Assembly: GCA_964248365.1 (NCBI GenBank) | Contig: CAXTYC010000018.1 | Coordinates: 32,001 to 96,000 of the forward strand | From: an uncultured Chroococcidiopsis sp. | Lineage (GTDB): Bacteria; Cyanobacteriota; Cyanobacteriia; Cyanobacteriales; Chroococcidiopsidaceae | Length of the DNA stretch: 64,000 nucleotides | Direction of reading: 5' to 3' | Notes under the pieces: generated by a model | Database searches by the model: none | Seen by the model: the letters and a program-made list of their open reading frames with translations, nothing else | Told to the model about the DNA's origin: nothing | Made by a program: the position numbers and the translations under genes | Part shown: positions 63,927 through 64,000 of the stretch, piece by piece | How positions within the stretch are numbered: position 1 is the first letter of the stretch | How the letters are laid out: each line of letters begins with the position of its first letter

Positions 63927-64000
63927 CGCCAGCTATATTTAATTACCCGACGTTTTACCAGTTACCAGTTACCAGTTATCAGTTATCAGTTACCAACTAC

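Noticed and set aside
1..64000. CRISPR array
   Set aside because: No series of equal repeats with unique spacers. The repeats are heptamer arrays or two-copy duplications, and no cas genes were seen.

Overview
Cyanobacterial chromosomal window, judged from dense HIP1 GCGATCGC sites, heptamer tandem repeats, REP/SDR-type palindromes and petE. Core genes include recQ, deoC-recO-MFS-dgdA, the SSADH plus 2-oxoglutarate decarboxylase TCA-bypass pair, xth, tRNA-Pro(GGG), petE and ackA. Accessory content: (1) a three-gene pPIWI-RE island (REase, SF2/DinG-like helicase, PIWI-like protein; 19.4-26.6 kb) whose helicase carries an in-frame TAG and a frameshift in an A7 tract; (2) a C5 methyltransferase of the CGATCG/XorII type paired with an endonuclease, followed by a GmrSD fragment between 64-bp direct repeats; (3) two tandem DUF2294/single-domain response regulator modules, each regulator preceded by the same 55-nt structured leader, a candidate undescribed cis-regulatory RNA; (4) a MerR-controlled oxidoreductase cluster with a duplicated promoter; and (5) several relics (mntB/mntC, IS630, a post-tRNA remnant). 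All family assignments come from motif recognition and recall, not database searches. Several frameshifts lie in A-runs and could be assembly errors.
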